Made by a program: the position numbers and the translations under genes. From contig JAQFVV010000006.1 in assembly GCA_028023455.1 (NCBI GenBank), positions 19,468,001 through 19,532,000 of the forward strand: a DNA stretch of 64,000 nt. The letters run 5' to 3'. Shown piece after piece: positions 38,301 to 52,515 of the stretch (positions are counted from its first letter, which is position 1; every line of letters begins with the position of its first letter). Under the pieces are notes generated by a model that ran no database searches, was not told the origin of the DNA, and was given only the letters and a program-made list of their open reading frames with translations. This DNA is from Epiperipatus broadwayi. Its lineage: Eukaryota; Animalia; Onychophora.

Positions 38301-40753
38301 AAATTAGTAATATATGCATGTTACAGATTGGTATATGTGGTTGCTGCAAAATTTATAAACATTCAATAAGCTGAATTTGAAACCTTGAAAATATGTGCCT
38401 CGAGAAAGTAAAAGAATGACTGGTAATATGAATTTTAATTATATATTTATCTTTTTATTATATCAGGGACTATTAACAAAATTTTTAATAACAAATTCTT
38501 ATTTTTGAATTTTAAAACCAAAATCTAGTAAAAAGAAGAGTTTCAGTGATAATAGCTAGTGTAGTATTGATGATTTTGTGTTCTAAAATTATTATATGTA
38601 TCCACTTATCAATGTATTTTTTTTGTGAAATGTATTATTGTGGGTCAATTCAAAATTATGTAATATGTTTATATGCTAAAAGGTTTTTTTTCTTTAATGT
38701 TTTATTAATAATGGGGATCCACACATACACATAGTAATATAATTATACTTGCCATATGTATAGCTATGTTGCCTGAATGTTGAAAATGATAGAAAGGTAG
38801 CATTGGAGTAGATTTTTTTAAAAAATAATGACTAGTGACCTCAATAGCTTAGAGGGGTGGATAAGTAATTTAAAGCTTGTTTCTGTAAATGCTTTTACTT
38901 CTCTGGAATCTAACTAACCTTTTTCTAATTATTTTGTTCTATATGTTATGTTTAAATTTATAAGATTACAAAAGTATGTGCCTGCATAAAGTGTTTATAT
39001 TTTTTAAGGAAATATTTTTCTTGTGGATAAATTTTTAGTTATTCACTATCCAAATTGATGCACCAACATTATACTATGATAGAAACATTGAATATTGTCA
39101 TTAAAGGGAAAGGCGAAAAAGTTTAATATTATTAATATTATGATTTAAATATAAACAACTCATTATTGTTATTCATATAAATTTTCATATATATCTTTAA
39201 ATAGTATATATATTTTAGTAATCCAGAAATAAATGTTAATTTGTTTTCTTAAAAGAGATATTTATCTTTATTAAGAGTATTCATTGCTTTATTAATTATA
39301 ATCATTCATCATCACTGTTGAATATTAATGGTTAAGTTCTAATTTAAATATAAGGTTAGGCAAATAATTATAAAGTTATAAAAGCTAAATTTTGTTAGGT
39401 GTTAGTTCTAAAGCTGTGGCTTTAAGTATAATCATCATCATGTTTTAAATCACTGATCTAGTTAAATGTGTTTAATGGCCATAGATAAATAATGATTTTC
39501 ACTATATTTGTTTATCATTTGTGAGTCATTATAAGATAATAACCACCATTCCAATCATCCAACATCATTCAAAGGTGAGTGAACTGCCACCATAAATCGA
39601 TAGTATTTGATATGAGCTAGCAAGACTTATGAAAATGTTGAAATGCATTTATATTAAAATATAAGTAGGAATGTGTCTGATAAATTTTATATGCACAACT
39701 AAAACATAAGTATGTTTTTGTTTTTCTTAATGTTAATGCAAATGTGATATGGGTCTAAAATTCAAAATCCTACATCCGGTTATAAATAAGGTACCAAAAG
39801 GGTTTCAAACCTGGTACATTTGTAAGTAGGTATTGAAACACTGATTTAGTCATCATCCAGTTTCACCTACTATATATCATAGTAGTCTTCATTTTCCTAA
39901 TTTGAACCCTCAATGTACACGTATATAACCGTATACTAGTTAATTTAATCTGTAAGAGCGTATATTTACACATATGTGTGTATAATTGTATCTGTGCACA
40001 CATCTGCTATATTAATGTTTGTAGGTATAATGTATATGCATTTGTAAGGTTATATAAATATTTTATTTGTGTGTAATTGTATCTGTGCACACATTTAATA
40101 TATTGATGTTTGTATGCATAGTGTATACGCCTTTATAATTTTATATAAAGATTTTAGTTATGATTTAAAATTAATAAATTAGGTTTAAGTTGTGGACATC
40201 ATGTATATGTGAGAACATACCTATGTATATATGTGAAGGTAACTGTAATGTGATAGGTGTAGTAAACATTACAGATTTTCTAAATTATTTCAGAATTGTC
40301 TTTGAAGTTATTTAATTTACAGAATTGCTGATATTTGCATATAGTTATTAAATTCAGGGGTGTCTTTCTTACGTATATGCTAGAATGTTGACGGCTTAAA
40401 TCTCTTTTGAAAAAAAAAATTCAAAGTTTATAGATTTCTCAGAATTACTTCGCACTAAGCTGAGAAACAAAGTTTATGGATATTGTAAAATAATGTTAGA
40501 AGCATAAACAAAGTCATTAACAGAGTCCCACTTAGCTGGGTCTTTTGTAGTTGCTAAATTAATGATTCCTTAAATTTTAAGATTTTGAAAATAAAGATTG
40601 TGAATATGTTAATGGTTTGTGAGAGGGGGGAGAAAGAAAATATAAAACCCCCAGTTTTTAAGTTATGGGATTCCATTTTGTTTGCTCTCTTGTTGACTTA
40701 TATTCAGGCAGTGTGACCAGTTTTTACAATGGTAATAAGTGGCTAATTCGTTT

Positions 40754-40860
40754 ATGGAGATGGGAGACTCAAACCACAGCCTACCTGAAAGAATAGCGGA
40801 TGAGTCAGCCCATGTGTGTGTGATCCTGCCAAGCTACCAGCCATTGCAATTGGAAAACCG
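40754..40860 (+). CDS. Candidate first coding exon of a host gene (MEMGDSNHSLPERIADESAHVCVILPSYQPLQLEN)
   Basis: Locally higher GC; TATAAAA at 40641; ATG at 40754; donor CG|GTAACA; phase matches 45081-45151. Confidence 0.35.
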
Positions 40861-41151
40861 GTAACAAATCCTTAACCCAGCTCTAACATAATGCTATAGC
40901 AATTCTAATCATTCATAAAGCTAGCTATATTATATTGTAAATGTACACAAATTCTAAACTTAAATTTCTTATAATAATTAAACTATATTAGATAAGCATA
41001 TTTCTATTTGTGTAAATTTAAAATAACTTTGAAAAGCTGAATTATAAAACCTTGCCTAATCTAAAATCCTCTTAAATCTTTTAAATTCAACTTGTGAAAA
41101 GATAATGGCTGTCTTATTATTTTATCTATTCTCATCTATGCTTATGCCTAC

Positions 41152-41184
<33 letters not shown>

Positions 41185-42209
41185 TTATTAATTTGTACTA
41201 TGCCTACAGAGCAGAAATTACTAAATATTACAACAGTAAAGAGACTTTTGTTCTCTGAAAGTTTATTTATGCTGCTTTTTGGCACATGTCTAAATTTCCA
41301 GTCTGAAAACCTACTCTTATATATATATATATATTAGTTAAGCTACTATGTTTTGGCTTAATATTCAATTCAGGTTTGCTTAGTAAAGGTCTGTTTAGTT
41401 GAATATGTGACAGTGATATTTTAAAGCATATTATAAGTAAATAGGTAATTTTTAAGTCCCAAATATGCTTTAGCCCTCCTTAGTTTGTTATCATAGACTA
41501 TGTAGGTTAATTCGTAGACTAGATCATTTTAATTAATCCTTTTTAGCACAGGTTAAGTATGCTAATTTATGAACTGGCATATAGTAGTTTCGCAGAATGA
41601 ACCTATAGATTTTGTGTTTTATTAATTTTAATAATTGATATTTAGAAAGTGTTGCAAATAGGCTTTTATGAAGCACTTCTGTGCATTAAGCCTTGCTATT
41701 ATATTCTTATTAAAATGGGCTTTGGTTTTAAGGGCCACCCCATTATTCCTTTTAAAACTGGAACACAAGTATCCAGCACCGTATATTAAAACTGTTCGAT
41801 CACCCGAACTAAATGTTCATAGATAGCAAATGTATGGTACTCGGGAACCAAGTAGTTGGTATGAATCCCATGAGTAAAGGCACATTTAAGTCACATCTCT
41901 TAATTTGTGTAGCACTGTAGTCTTGGAAGTTATGCTACAAATCACCAGTTCATCCTCCATATTATTTGTTCAGCATTGATCTGAACCTCAGATCTAGTTT
42001 ATATAATACAAACTGCATAAAAAGCACACTGACTGCTCATTACATAATAATATGTTAGATATAGATATAATTTAGTTGACATTCTCATAAGGTTTAATTC
42101 TTGGCAAACCAAGTAGGAATGGCAGAGCATAACTAAAACATCATTACAAACATACATGAAATTATCAATTTGTAATAATGTTAGAACTAAATGATTAAGT
42201 GCAGCCTAC

Positions 42210-42560
42210 TGGAGAACTTGTTCACAAATTGACCATCTGTGAGTGGAATATCCAGAGCACTTGAATGGCATTGTTAGTATTGTTTTACTATAATTAAATA
42301 ATATTAAACATATTGATGTCTGTTGTCTTATTCGCTCTGTTTGCATTGAGTCACTTTCCAAATTTATTAATATATGCTTTACCAAGCCAGCCACAGGTGT
42401 GTGTTTCGTTAAGCTATCAATTATTTTTAGTATTATTTCTTGAGTCTCTTTCTCCACCCTTTGCTACTGTCAGTATGCGAATTAAGAGAAGGGGTGACCT
42501 CATATATGTCATTCATAGGGAAGTCAGAGAGCATTGGTAAAGGAGCTGAGGTGCAATCAG
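42210..42560 (+). mobile_element. APE endonuclease remnant of a LINE
   Basis: KLTICEWNIQS and IDVCCL resemble the first two conserved APE motifs. Confidence 0.4.
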
Positions 42561-43429
42561 ATTTGAAGCCTCAATCTCTCATCTAGATCAGCCTTGGTAT
42601 AATTTGTCAAAACTCTGGATTTTGTTGCATGAGTGTACAAATATGACTGTTACAATATAGAATATAACTGTCTAGGTTTAGATAACCTAATGGCCCCTGA
42701 TAGACCATATTCACATAGTATTCACTTATTATTCACTCCATATTCACTTAATAAAACTAGATAAAGTGGTTAAAAGTACCAAGTGATTTATTTTGAGTTA
42801 TTTTGAAATATTTTATCATGCTACAAAGGTTCTTAGAACTAGGGCTCGAAATATGCCACATACCTGAGATGAGGAGTCAGAATGGCCTTGTGTTTCATTT
42901 GGTAACACTAATTTTTATTAAGTTACAAGACTATTTTAACCCTATTTTTGATAAGTTACAATATATATACTATTCCAAATGGTAAAAATGTAATATTGTC
43001 TTTAAATATTTTGTAAATAAAATTACTTTTTTAATTCATTTCCACTTGAATTCCCTTTATGTGGAATGCCTTCCTCTATGTGGACTCAGTCTAATCTACT
43101 TTAAACTTTTTCATTATTCAATGATTCTTTAAACTAGATTGCAATTTTATTTTTTAATTATAAACAATTAATGGCTTTCTTTCTTGCAATTAATGTGATA
43201 GCTTCTTCAAATAGACAATTTAGTTTATTGGATCAATTATTTAATTCTTATATTTTCCAAATCTGTAAGAGTAAAAATCTGTTCTGGAGTTCTGTGCTAG
43301 AATGTTAGCACATGTAGAATATACTTTCATGCTTTATATCCTTCCAGTATGATTTCAAAGCACAACTACATTCCATAAACTTGTAACAATTGTTAATATT
43401 TAAGCTAAAAATTGTTATCCAATTGTCAA

Positions 43430-43501
43430 GCATTGGTAGTCTAGCAGTTATCATAGCTGCCTTCCAAGCAGCTGGCCCAGGTTCGCTTCCCAGGCAACAC
43501 A
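43430..43501 (+). tRNA. tRNA-Gly(TCC), probably a pseudogene (copy 1)
   Basis: 72 nt collinear with eukaryotic Gly-TCC; perfect anticodon arm gctgc-cttccaa-gcagc; three mismatches in the acceptor stem. Confidence 0.85.
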
Positions 43502-43544
43502 TTTGACATATGGGGAAAAACTTATCAAATGATTAGAAGGTCAA

Positions 43545-43616
43545 GTATTGGTGGCCTAGTGGTTATCATAGCTGCCTTCCAATCAGCTGGCCTGGGTTCG
43601 TTTTCTGGTCAACACA
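43545..43616 (+). tRNA. tRNA-Gly(TCC), probably a pseudogene (copy 2)
   Basis: Second copy at period 115 bp with the same 3' flank; one mismatch in the anticodon stem; weak T-arm. Confidence 0.85.
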
Positions 43617-45080
43617 TTTGACATATGGAAAAAAAACTTATCAAATGATTAGCAGGTCATCTGTCTGACATTTGAGACAAGAATGAAAGGTTGAACCTTA
43701 ATTGAAAAAATATGATTAAGTCTTAAATGTCATTCTACTACTGTACTAAATTGCACACAAGACATTTAAGCTGTTGAGTTATATTTTGATCCATGATGTT
43801 ATTTCATTAACTAATATCAATTTTATTATGGATTCTATTGAGCTTTTAAAAAAATAGCTATATCATTTTTTCGATATTTGTAATTGCTTAAAAAAGTATT
43901 ACCATTATTAAACTAAGATACAATATAAAATATAAAACAAGACATCAAACAAAATGATTTATATCATATAAAGAAGTTAACAAATAGTGGGATACCCTGC
44001 ATAAAAAATTAGACTTTGAGACTGAAATCTATCAGTTCTGGCATTCAAACATCATATGAACTTCTGCATAAGTAACCATTCATATACAATTATAATTGCT
44101 GATATGTGTTAATTCAGAGCACCTGTATTAATACCTCCAACTTGTATAGAAATCAAATTCCCATTTCTGATTCCAATCACTGATCAGTAAAACTAGAAGT
44201 TATCAAAGATTAATGAAATAAAAATATTGTCAATTATTTGAAAATACAATTATACACCCAAGGACATCATTTAAACTTACAGGAAAAGAGTCCGTGAAAT
44301 CAAAGTTTAATTGCATGCAAAAACTATTGTGCAATAAAAATTTAATAAAAGTTTATCCAAATGGAATAAACTTCTGACACATTAATGGATTACTTGTCAA
44401 ACCAAATTTTTATTATAAAATATGTGTTGAAAACCTTAAAAACAATCTTTGTTATCAATTCTTAGAAAATCTAACAAAATATATAGCCTTCAGTTTAATA
44501 AAGTTAATGATTCATTTTCCAAGCTTTCTTTTAAATGTAAAGGTAAAATTCCGATGATTTTTAAAATTGTTGAGAAAAAAAAAAGCAAGACAACATTGAA
44601 TTGTCTTTAGCTTTTTTAAACAAAATGCAACAAAATTTTTTTGTTTCACATAAACCATTAATTATTATGCTCAATTAATATATGCATAATAATTATACTG
44701 TACAATAAAATAATATTAATACACTATGTACTTTATTATTGTCAATACATATAAATACTTCAGATTTACTGTTACTCTTACTTGATTAATGTTCATTACA
44801 AAGAGAACCTATACAAGTAGATAATTGTTGAAATAGCATACAAGTCACCAATTATATGATTCCACTGTTTATTAATAAGCTCTACATGGCCATTTTTAAC
44901 ATCAAATAATCAATAATATTTTTTTGTCCTTATAACTATTTTTAATGTATTTTTTAACTCTGACAGGACTTTTTAAAACTCAATATTAGTAAGACTTCTT
45001 AATATAAGTGCAGTGCTACTTTAACTTTGTTTTGACATCCAAATGGGTCATTGAAAGCTATTTCCTCTCTCTCTGTCAAG

Positions 45081-45151
45081 ATATTTATTTGCAAATGGTC
45101 TTGGTCATAAAACAAGCTCTGACTTTTTAAATCTTCTGTTAATGGCAAGAA
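45081..45151 (+). CDS. Candidate 71-nt host exon (YLFANGLGHKTSSDFLNLLLMAR)
   Basis: Acceptor tttcctctctctctgtcaag; donor GTGAGT; open phase 2-1 frame. Confidence 0.4.
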
Positions 45152-45792
45152 GTGAGTAATTTACTGAATTTCAAAGAAATGAGGCATAATGAATGCTGAA
45201 CAATTCAGTCTTCCCCTTTTGAAAAGCAAACAATTATCCAATCTGTAAATGAGAAAGAGGCCAATATATTTCAGCCAAAAATGACTTTACAATGTGAATA
45301 TTGATAAAAAAACAAGTCTTGTAAAATCCCATTTCTCGCTAGTCAGTGCTGATTAAATAAATAAAAGTATTTATTAATCCCTTTAATATATATCTTATAA
45401 TTTTTCATTAAATTAACTATCCTCAGTTTGATATTGTGATAATAGATCTTGAACTTGAAATACTGCTATAATATATATAAATATTTAAAGAACTGATGAA
45501 ATGTACAAGACAAACTGCTATTGATGATCAACAGAAAACAAGAAGATAAAAGGAAGCTAAAAGAGATATATAGCAGGAATTTGAAAGCAAGAGTTGATTT
45601 GGCTACAGTTAAGTAACTTAGAATAAATTCAAATATTTGATTTAATGCAAATAAAAAATAATAATCATTATCACATTACTATTGCATGATGATGGTTTCA
45701 CCAAGTTTAACACAATTTTTCTGATCTATACTTGTAAAAATAATTTAAAATACTTCTCCCAAAAAACGTAATAGCATATATTAGCGCTTTAA

Positions 45793-46030
45793 CCTGCTGA
45801 AGAAGAAGCTGTCAGTAGTAAAAAAAACAATCAAATTAAATTAATCTAACACGTGTTTTGATATTTCAAGAAAATGGACAAATTAATTTGCATACATTAT
45901 TGTTTAGTAACATTACAGCAATGGTTTATAACCTATTTTGGCCATGAATATGAGAGAAAACCTCGAAAGTACTAGGCCTAGCTTAATTTAATTTGATTAT
46001 TTTTTTACTACTGACAGCTTCTTCAGTGGG
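45793..46030. mobile_element. piggyBac-like MITE, 238 bp
   Basis: TTAA at 45789-45792 and 46031-46034; about 55-60-bp terminal inverted repeats (gaagaagctgtcagtagtaaaaaaa.aatcaaattaaattaa). Confidence 0.88.
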
Positions 46031-47249
46031 TTAAATTGGTTATATATGCTGATCTATAATTCTACAATATGATTTCAGCAAGCTCCTTTATTAATTCATC
46101 TCACAAACCTGAGAATCGTATCATCCTATAGTCATCAACTATTGCCTTAGTTGATTTTACAGCCTTCAAAACAGTAGTGGCCCATGATTTATTTTTGTCT
46201 GGCCATCAATTAGTAAACAATAATAGTGATGCTCAATAAGAGAACCATTTACTGCAGAAAGTTTGGAGCGAATGAACAAGTTCTTCATGATGCATGTATT
46301 ATAATTGGTGGTATTTCTGGCATTAAAATTTTGTCTGGATTTCAAAATTCAGAAGCAGTGAGATTTTGTTTTCAATGAGAATATGGCAGCAGGTGTAAAC
46401 ATAAGAACAATTCACAATATGGCAGCAGGTGTGAACAATTCACAATTCTTTGAAAAAACCACTCATGGGTATTTAGAAAAGTCATTAAACACAAAGAAAA
46501 GATGAACGGATCAACAGACATGAACTCATTCACACTGTCTTCAGAGATTCAACTATCTAACTTAAGAACTATCAGACATTTGAGAAAAAACATAGTGATT
46601 TGTCTTAAACTAAAAAGTAAAAAGATTGTAAATTAATTATACTGAATGACACTTGTTAATGGGCAGTTCATCCATATTAGATTTCAATAATTATGTGATA
46701 ATACAGCTACATATATAAAGTAGAAGCCAAAATTTGCACTGCTCAGTTCCTTAAAAATAACAAAAAGTAATGAGAGTCTAAGGAAAATTATCAATAAACA
46801 AGTTAATTGGATTCAAACAAATCAGAAACCACCTCATAATAGTTGCACACTAAGAGGAGAAAGATCCTTAGTAATTTGGAAAATAAACTGTTGATTTATG
46901 AATACAAGTAAACTTTTTGTGGTGTAAGCAGATTTTCACCCTACACACACCCTTTGGTCTATTTAAGAATAATAGGCCCCATTTCTGATACAACAACAAA
47001 AAATGATACCACTATTTAATATTTCACATAAATCAAATATGTGTTTAATTCAAACTGTATCAAAAATTACAAACATAGTATCTATGTGTATTCTGAATAT
47101 AAGCAATTAGGCTTGCTAAATATTTAAATGAAATCTGAGGCAAGTTTCTTTCCTTCCATTATATATGAATTAATATATTATAATCAAAATTTTAAAAGTA
47201 ATGGAGATGTGCATGCAAAAAATATATGAAATGTGAAGTGCATTTTTAT

Positions 47250-48200
47250 ACACATCTAGTCATTCTAATTCCAAGAAGAAAAAACTGCTCTGAATTTTGC
47301 AACTATACAAAGCAATCTGTGAACCATAAATATACTCACATATGATAATATTCTGGTCCACTTTTCTATTTGATTTTTTGATGTTTTGCAATACTGTCTT
47401 TTCATTTCTTCATCAGAAATGTTTTCCTTAAGAAACCCTTCAATGTCATGTTTAATTGTGGCCAACCACTGTATTCTATTATCTACCATATCTTCTCAAT
47501 GGAAGCAATCGATAAATCATTTCTTTAACATGACCATGAGGTAATACTTATAATGGAGAAGATATCTGCTTCTCTCATAAAACTACATTCACATTCAAGA
47601 TACCATTCAGGAAGTCTTGTATTGTTCATTCATTTCACACAGCTGCAGTGCATAACAATGACATTTCCTGATAACTACTGCAAAATTGTCTATTCCTTTT
47701 ATTTTTAAAAATTCCTAACAATAAAAGCATCATTAAGGTCAGGCAATATAACTTCAATGTTCCATATGTTCCTAAAAAGTTCCAATATTTTTGTAGCTAA
47801 CATATCACCATCATATTTTAAAACTTCTCCCGATATTTCATCAGGACAAAGAGCCTTTCCATTTTTAAGATTACAAAGAGCTGTTTTGACTTTAATAAGC
47901 TAAATATCTAAATGAGTAGGTAAAATGAATATATCATTAAATATCGTCATCTTAATTCTTGTATCATAATTCAAAAGAAAATCAAAATACTCCTTCTGTC
48001 TATTCAAAATATCATAATTATATAAGAGTGCTATTATTGAATTTAATAGGACTATGAAAACATTTATCGGGCCCATTAGTACACTAAAAAAGATCGATCA
48101 ACGAATGTCTGCATCTTCTTTACAATTTGTCAGTCAAGGAATACATGCCTTTAGATTTCTATACTTATTATGAAGATCCACATAAAAAGTTATTTTTCTG
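47250..48200 (-). mobile_element. Decayed RTE-clade (BovB-like) RT remnant from a different family
   Basis: KTALCNLKNGKALCPDEISGEVLKYDGD..IWNIEVILPDLNDAFIV resembles RTE RT domain 0-1. Confidence 0.7.
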
Positions 48201-51200
48201 TCAATTAGAAAATGCTTATTTTTTTTAATCAAATTTATATATTGACAACTGAAGTCAATACTCATTCAGTCTAAAATTCCTACAATTAATATCATTATTC
48301 AAAAATATTAAAGGAGGGCTTTTTCTTCAGATTACCATTATTATCTATCTCATTTTCACACTTTCATTTTGAGATGTCATTTTGTTTTTAATCTGGTATC
48401 ATGAAAGTTAAATCTATTTTCTTAAACAAATTATCAAAAATTAAGATATCAGGTCCATGCACCTGATAGTTTTGGAATGATTGGAGTCTAGTCTATTTAC
48501 CCAAATAAGTATGGGAACAAGATTTTTTCAATTGTAAAATATTAATCATATAAATTAATGTAAATAAGATATTTACATGATTTATCAATAGAAACATATA
48601 AAAGACTTCCTTATATAATTTATTTTATGTTAAATCATGTTCACACAATAACAAAAATGTACAATTGATTTTATAGTTGCTTTTCAAACTAGCCGTTGTA
48701 GTAATTACTCTTTTTTTCTTGTAGTTGAAATAGCACTGTTTGTGAGTGGCTGTTAATGATGATGAAGTATCTCTCTATTAAGGTATTTTTAATGAATTTA
48801 AATATCATTTACACATTTTTTCTTTTCAAAAATAGTTCATAACTTTCAATATATATAAATGAATACCTCAAACTTCTTTTTAAAACTTGATTTTTATTTG
48901 ACTATTATAAAAATATAGACACCAACTTTTCAACTATTTCATAATATAGACTTTTTCAAGGAAAGCTGAAAAATAAAAATACAAATATATAATAATAAAT
49001 ATCACATATTTCAAAACCAATCCAAAAATTAAAAAATACAAAAATCTCTTAGTCAAATCATCATAATCAAACAATAAATGCTTGTTTATTATTGGTGAAA
49101 GCTTTCTGTTAATTTAAATCAACTTTGAAAATTATTAGTGTATTACATTCAAATTTCATTATAAACCAAATACTTAACCTGTGCTGAGGAGCTGCATGAA
49201 GTTACCAATTGAAATACAACTAGTATTAGTAATGAACCTTTGAATAATTTAAGTTAAAAACTGAAATGGTCTAAAATACCCTTTTCACTAACTATAATTC
49301 TAGTAAGTTACATTTCCACTTTAACTGCTGCAATAGTCAATGAGTTGTTGAATATTTTATGCAAGAAGCATAAATTAAAATGATATCTATGTAAATACAG
49401 ACAAGTTTAATGAATGGATAATTCTGACAAAAAAATTAAATAGCAATTTGACTTCAGTGTGGGAAAGCAACATAAAAAAAGTTGCCTGTTGAATAAAAAT
49501 ACTAATAATAATGGCAATAAAACTGTGACTTTCTCAACAAAACTATAATGAATTTGATAAGAAGTGACTCTCCAATTGTCAAAAAAGACAGAATTGAAAA
49601 CCCAAGAAAATTCTTTTAAACAATCTAATTCAGAAGCTGAGCTTATAACTTTGGTCTACATTTTTAAATGAAAGATTAAAAATATATATACATAAGTATT
49701 TAATTATGAAAATTTTGTTAGAAAATTATAAGAAAAAGTCAATGACCTTAAATTAAGCTATTGAGGAGACAATTGCCTCTTCATTGAGATTGATTCAAAT
49801 TTAGTAAATGGCAAGTATTTTAATTTTAAGTTAGGCAATTTAAATTAATATCTTAATAATATTTTATCTTAAACATATAACAAAAAATATTGACAATTTG
49901 TAGACAAAGTTTAAATTCAGCACTACAGATATTTTTGAGTCTATAAAAAACTTATATTTTTTTTAAAAAAAGTTTCCACCATAATGAATGATTATTTTTG
50001 ATTAACATTTCAGTCCAAATTTATTAAAATATTGAAATAAGAAAAGTTATCACTTTATTCAACAGCATGATACCAAATTTATTAACATGTGCATGGAGAT
50101 TATCTATTTGATAGCTCTAGTTTATTTGATGAAAAAAGATTATTCTCAATACTTCGGTGGTGGATGACTGCAACAGAATAGAATTATAATGAAAAATGCA
50201 CTGACAAAAACCAAAAAAAACAACTCAAAAGCAAGTTACTTATCGAATACATTTGCACTAAGTTTTCTAAAAAGGATTATAAAAAGTGTCATTATTACAA
50301 ATGCTGAAATTGTTTAATGTATATTTGCAAATGCAATGAATCATTCTTTATGGAACTGGTAAAAACATATGAGTCAATAAATTTAATCATCATATGCTCC
50401 TTACTAATATTTATTAATTGAGTAATGAAAAAAATTTTTTTACAAGGATTCACTATATTGATAATGCCAATACAGATCTAATACAGTATCTTTTGGAGTT
50501 GTACTGCTTTGATAGATTTCAATATCCCATGACATCAATAGTTTTACAAAATAACTATCAATAATAAAAAAAATAGCAGACATTGTTAATCAAAGTAGTG
50601 GACACAACTTAATGATGATTACTATGGTAAATCTTCCTATAAAGACTCCTCTTACAAGGTAGGAAGTGTACAGGATTTTTTAAAAATAAAAACTATATCT
50701 ATCAAATATTCATTAATAATGGACAAAAAACACACAGCAGATTTACATTTCTGAGTGATATTGTACTTCATGTGAATTAAATTAAAAGACATTAATAAAA
50801 AAAAAAAACTTATTTGTCACATGGTTAGACATGAATAAAAAGTTATGTTAAGATTTAAACTTTAAGTAAAACAAATCAATAATAATAATTTTACACATTT
50901 TTCTAAAAATATACTCAAGAGTTTAATCATAACAATTACTGTTACATAATCTGCCTACAAAAACAACAACAATAAACTAAAATTATAAAGAATACATTTT
51001 TATTACTGATAAATTTAGAGTTGTCTTTCAATTTAAGGACTATTCCTTAGAATCTAGAATAAGATTTAGTGACTACTTAATGTGGATCAACTTTAGAAAA
51101 TTACATTATTTTATTTTAAAATCGAATCAATTCTACAAATAAAATAATTTTTTTCTAGTATGAATATGGACACACACACACAAAAGAATTTAATGACATA

Positions 51201-51555
51201 TTACTTGGGAAGTCATAAGAAGTTGAATACTAGAATAACAACTAACCATGATCCATGGACTTTGAGCTTCAGAGTCATGCAAGATAATACAAATAAGAAA
51301 TCATAATCAGTTACTGGAAAACTTTTTAATATGTCTCAAACAATTAAGACGTGTGAATCTGGTTTTTTTCTTTCCAAAATATTTATTCAGGTTAATGTTA
51401 TACAAGTAGATGAAAGTTGTTGTGATACATGAAATTCATTATTTCTGTGTAAAGTGTTGACATTGAAACTAGTGTATAATTTTGTTTAAACAGACTTAAT
51501 AAGTGTGTGTTAGTTTGTTGAACTATTAATAAGTCCTTCTGTTTTTTTTTTAAGG

Positions 51556-52515
51556 GATTATTTATACTTCGAATAAGATCCAGGTGTCTTTATGTCGGTT
51601 TGGTGAGGCCATGACTTCGTCTCTTTTCTTTAGTTTCTTGATTGTGTTTAGAAAGAATTTTGTCTCATTTTGTTGAGGGAAGTGGAAGATTTTGTGGCAT
51701 CTCATCAGCCATAAGGCCATGGTGAGGAAAAGTGACAGTCTTACAATGGCAAAATTTTTGGTTTGGATACTACTCTTCAGGGATATAATTGTGTAGTAAT
51801 CAATTTTTGTCCTTTCATAAATGATTTTTTTTATGTGTTTAGGCCTGTGCATGTTCTAATTAAATGGGTAAAGGTTTCCTCATCTTTTCCGCATAGTTGA
51901 CATATGGGATTTAGTTTTGTGATCCCTCTTCTGTAATACAGGAAGCAATTCGTAGGCATGAAATCCATGTTTATTTTGATAGCAAGATCAAAGTATTTTG
52001 GTTCCATGTCCCAGAATTTGAAGAGACTTGCTATCTTTTGATTTGTGATTGATAGTGATCCTTCTATTGGTGGTAAGCTCAGAAAAATGAGGGAGTAGGC
52101 ATTTCAGATTTTTAATTTGTTTATGAATGCTTGCTCGGATAATTTTAGATGTTTTTTAAGGTTATTAATAATTGTGTCTAATTTTAAGAGGTGGTGGACG
52201 ATCTGTAGGTGGAACTGGGTTTAGAATGACATCGTATGTAGATTTATTTATCAGTTGACTTAGAAGGCTATGAGTCTTTTGGATTTCAGATTTCATAGGA
52301 TTTTATGGAATGCAAAGACATTCCATTTAGTTTTCTTGGACGTTGCATTATTTTTATGCTGAGAGAGGCTTTCTTATCTTTCCAGAATAGTCTGGCTGCT
52401 AATGTGATAATGTTGTTGATGAAGACTTTGGTTAGTGTAATGATGGGAAGGTAGTAGTTAATTTTAGACATAATTTTCATATTTAGGAGCTGCCAAAAAA
52501 GTATAAAAAGCATCA
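51556..52515 (-). mobile_element. 5'-truncated L1/Tx1-like LINE, diverged relative of 16566-20994
   Basis: RLFWKDKK..MQRPRKLNGMSLHSI, NPICQLCGKDEETFTHLIRTC and FAIVRLSLF..IKKLKKRDE align with the 16.7-17.5 kb peptides. Confidence 0.85.

Noticed and set aside
41794-41860. CpG-retaining cluster of short hairpins (gttcg/cgaac, cccga/tcggg)
   Set aside because: Stems are only 4-5 bp and match no RNA family I recognise.
49183-49220. CTGAGGAG...GAAA hammerhead-like spacing
   Set aside because: Stem II and stem I do not pair.
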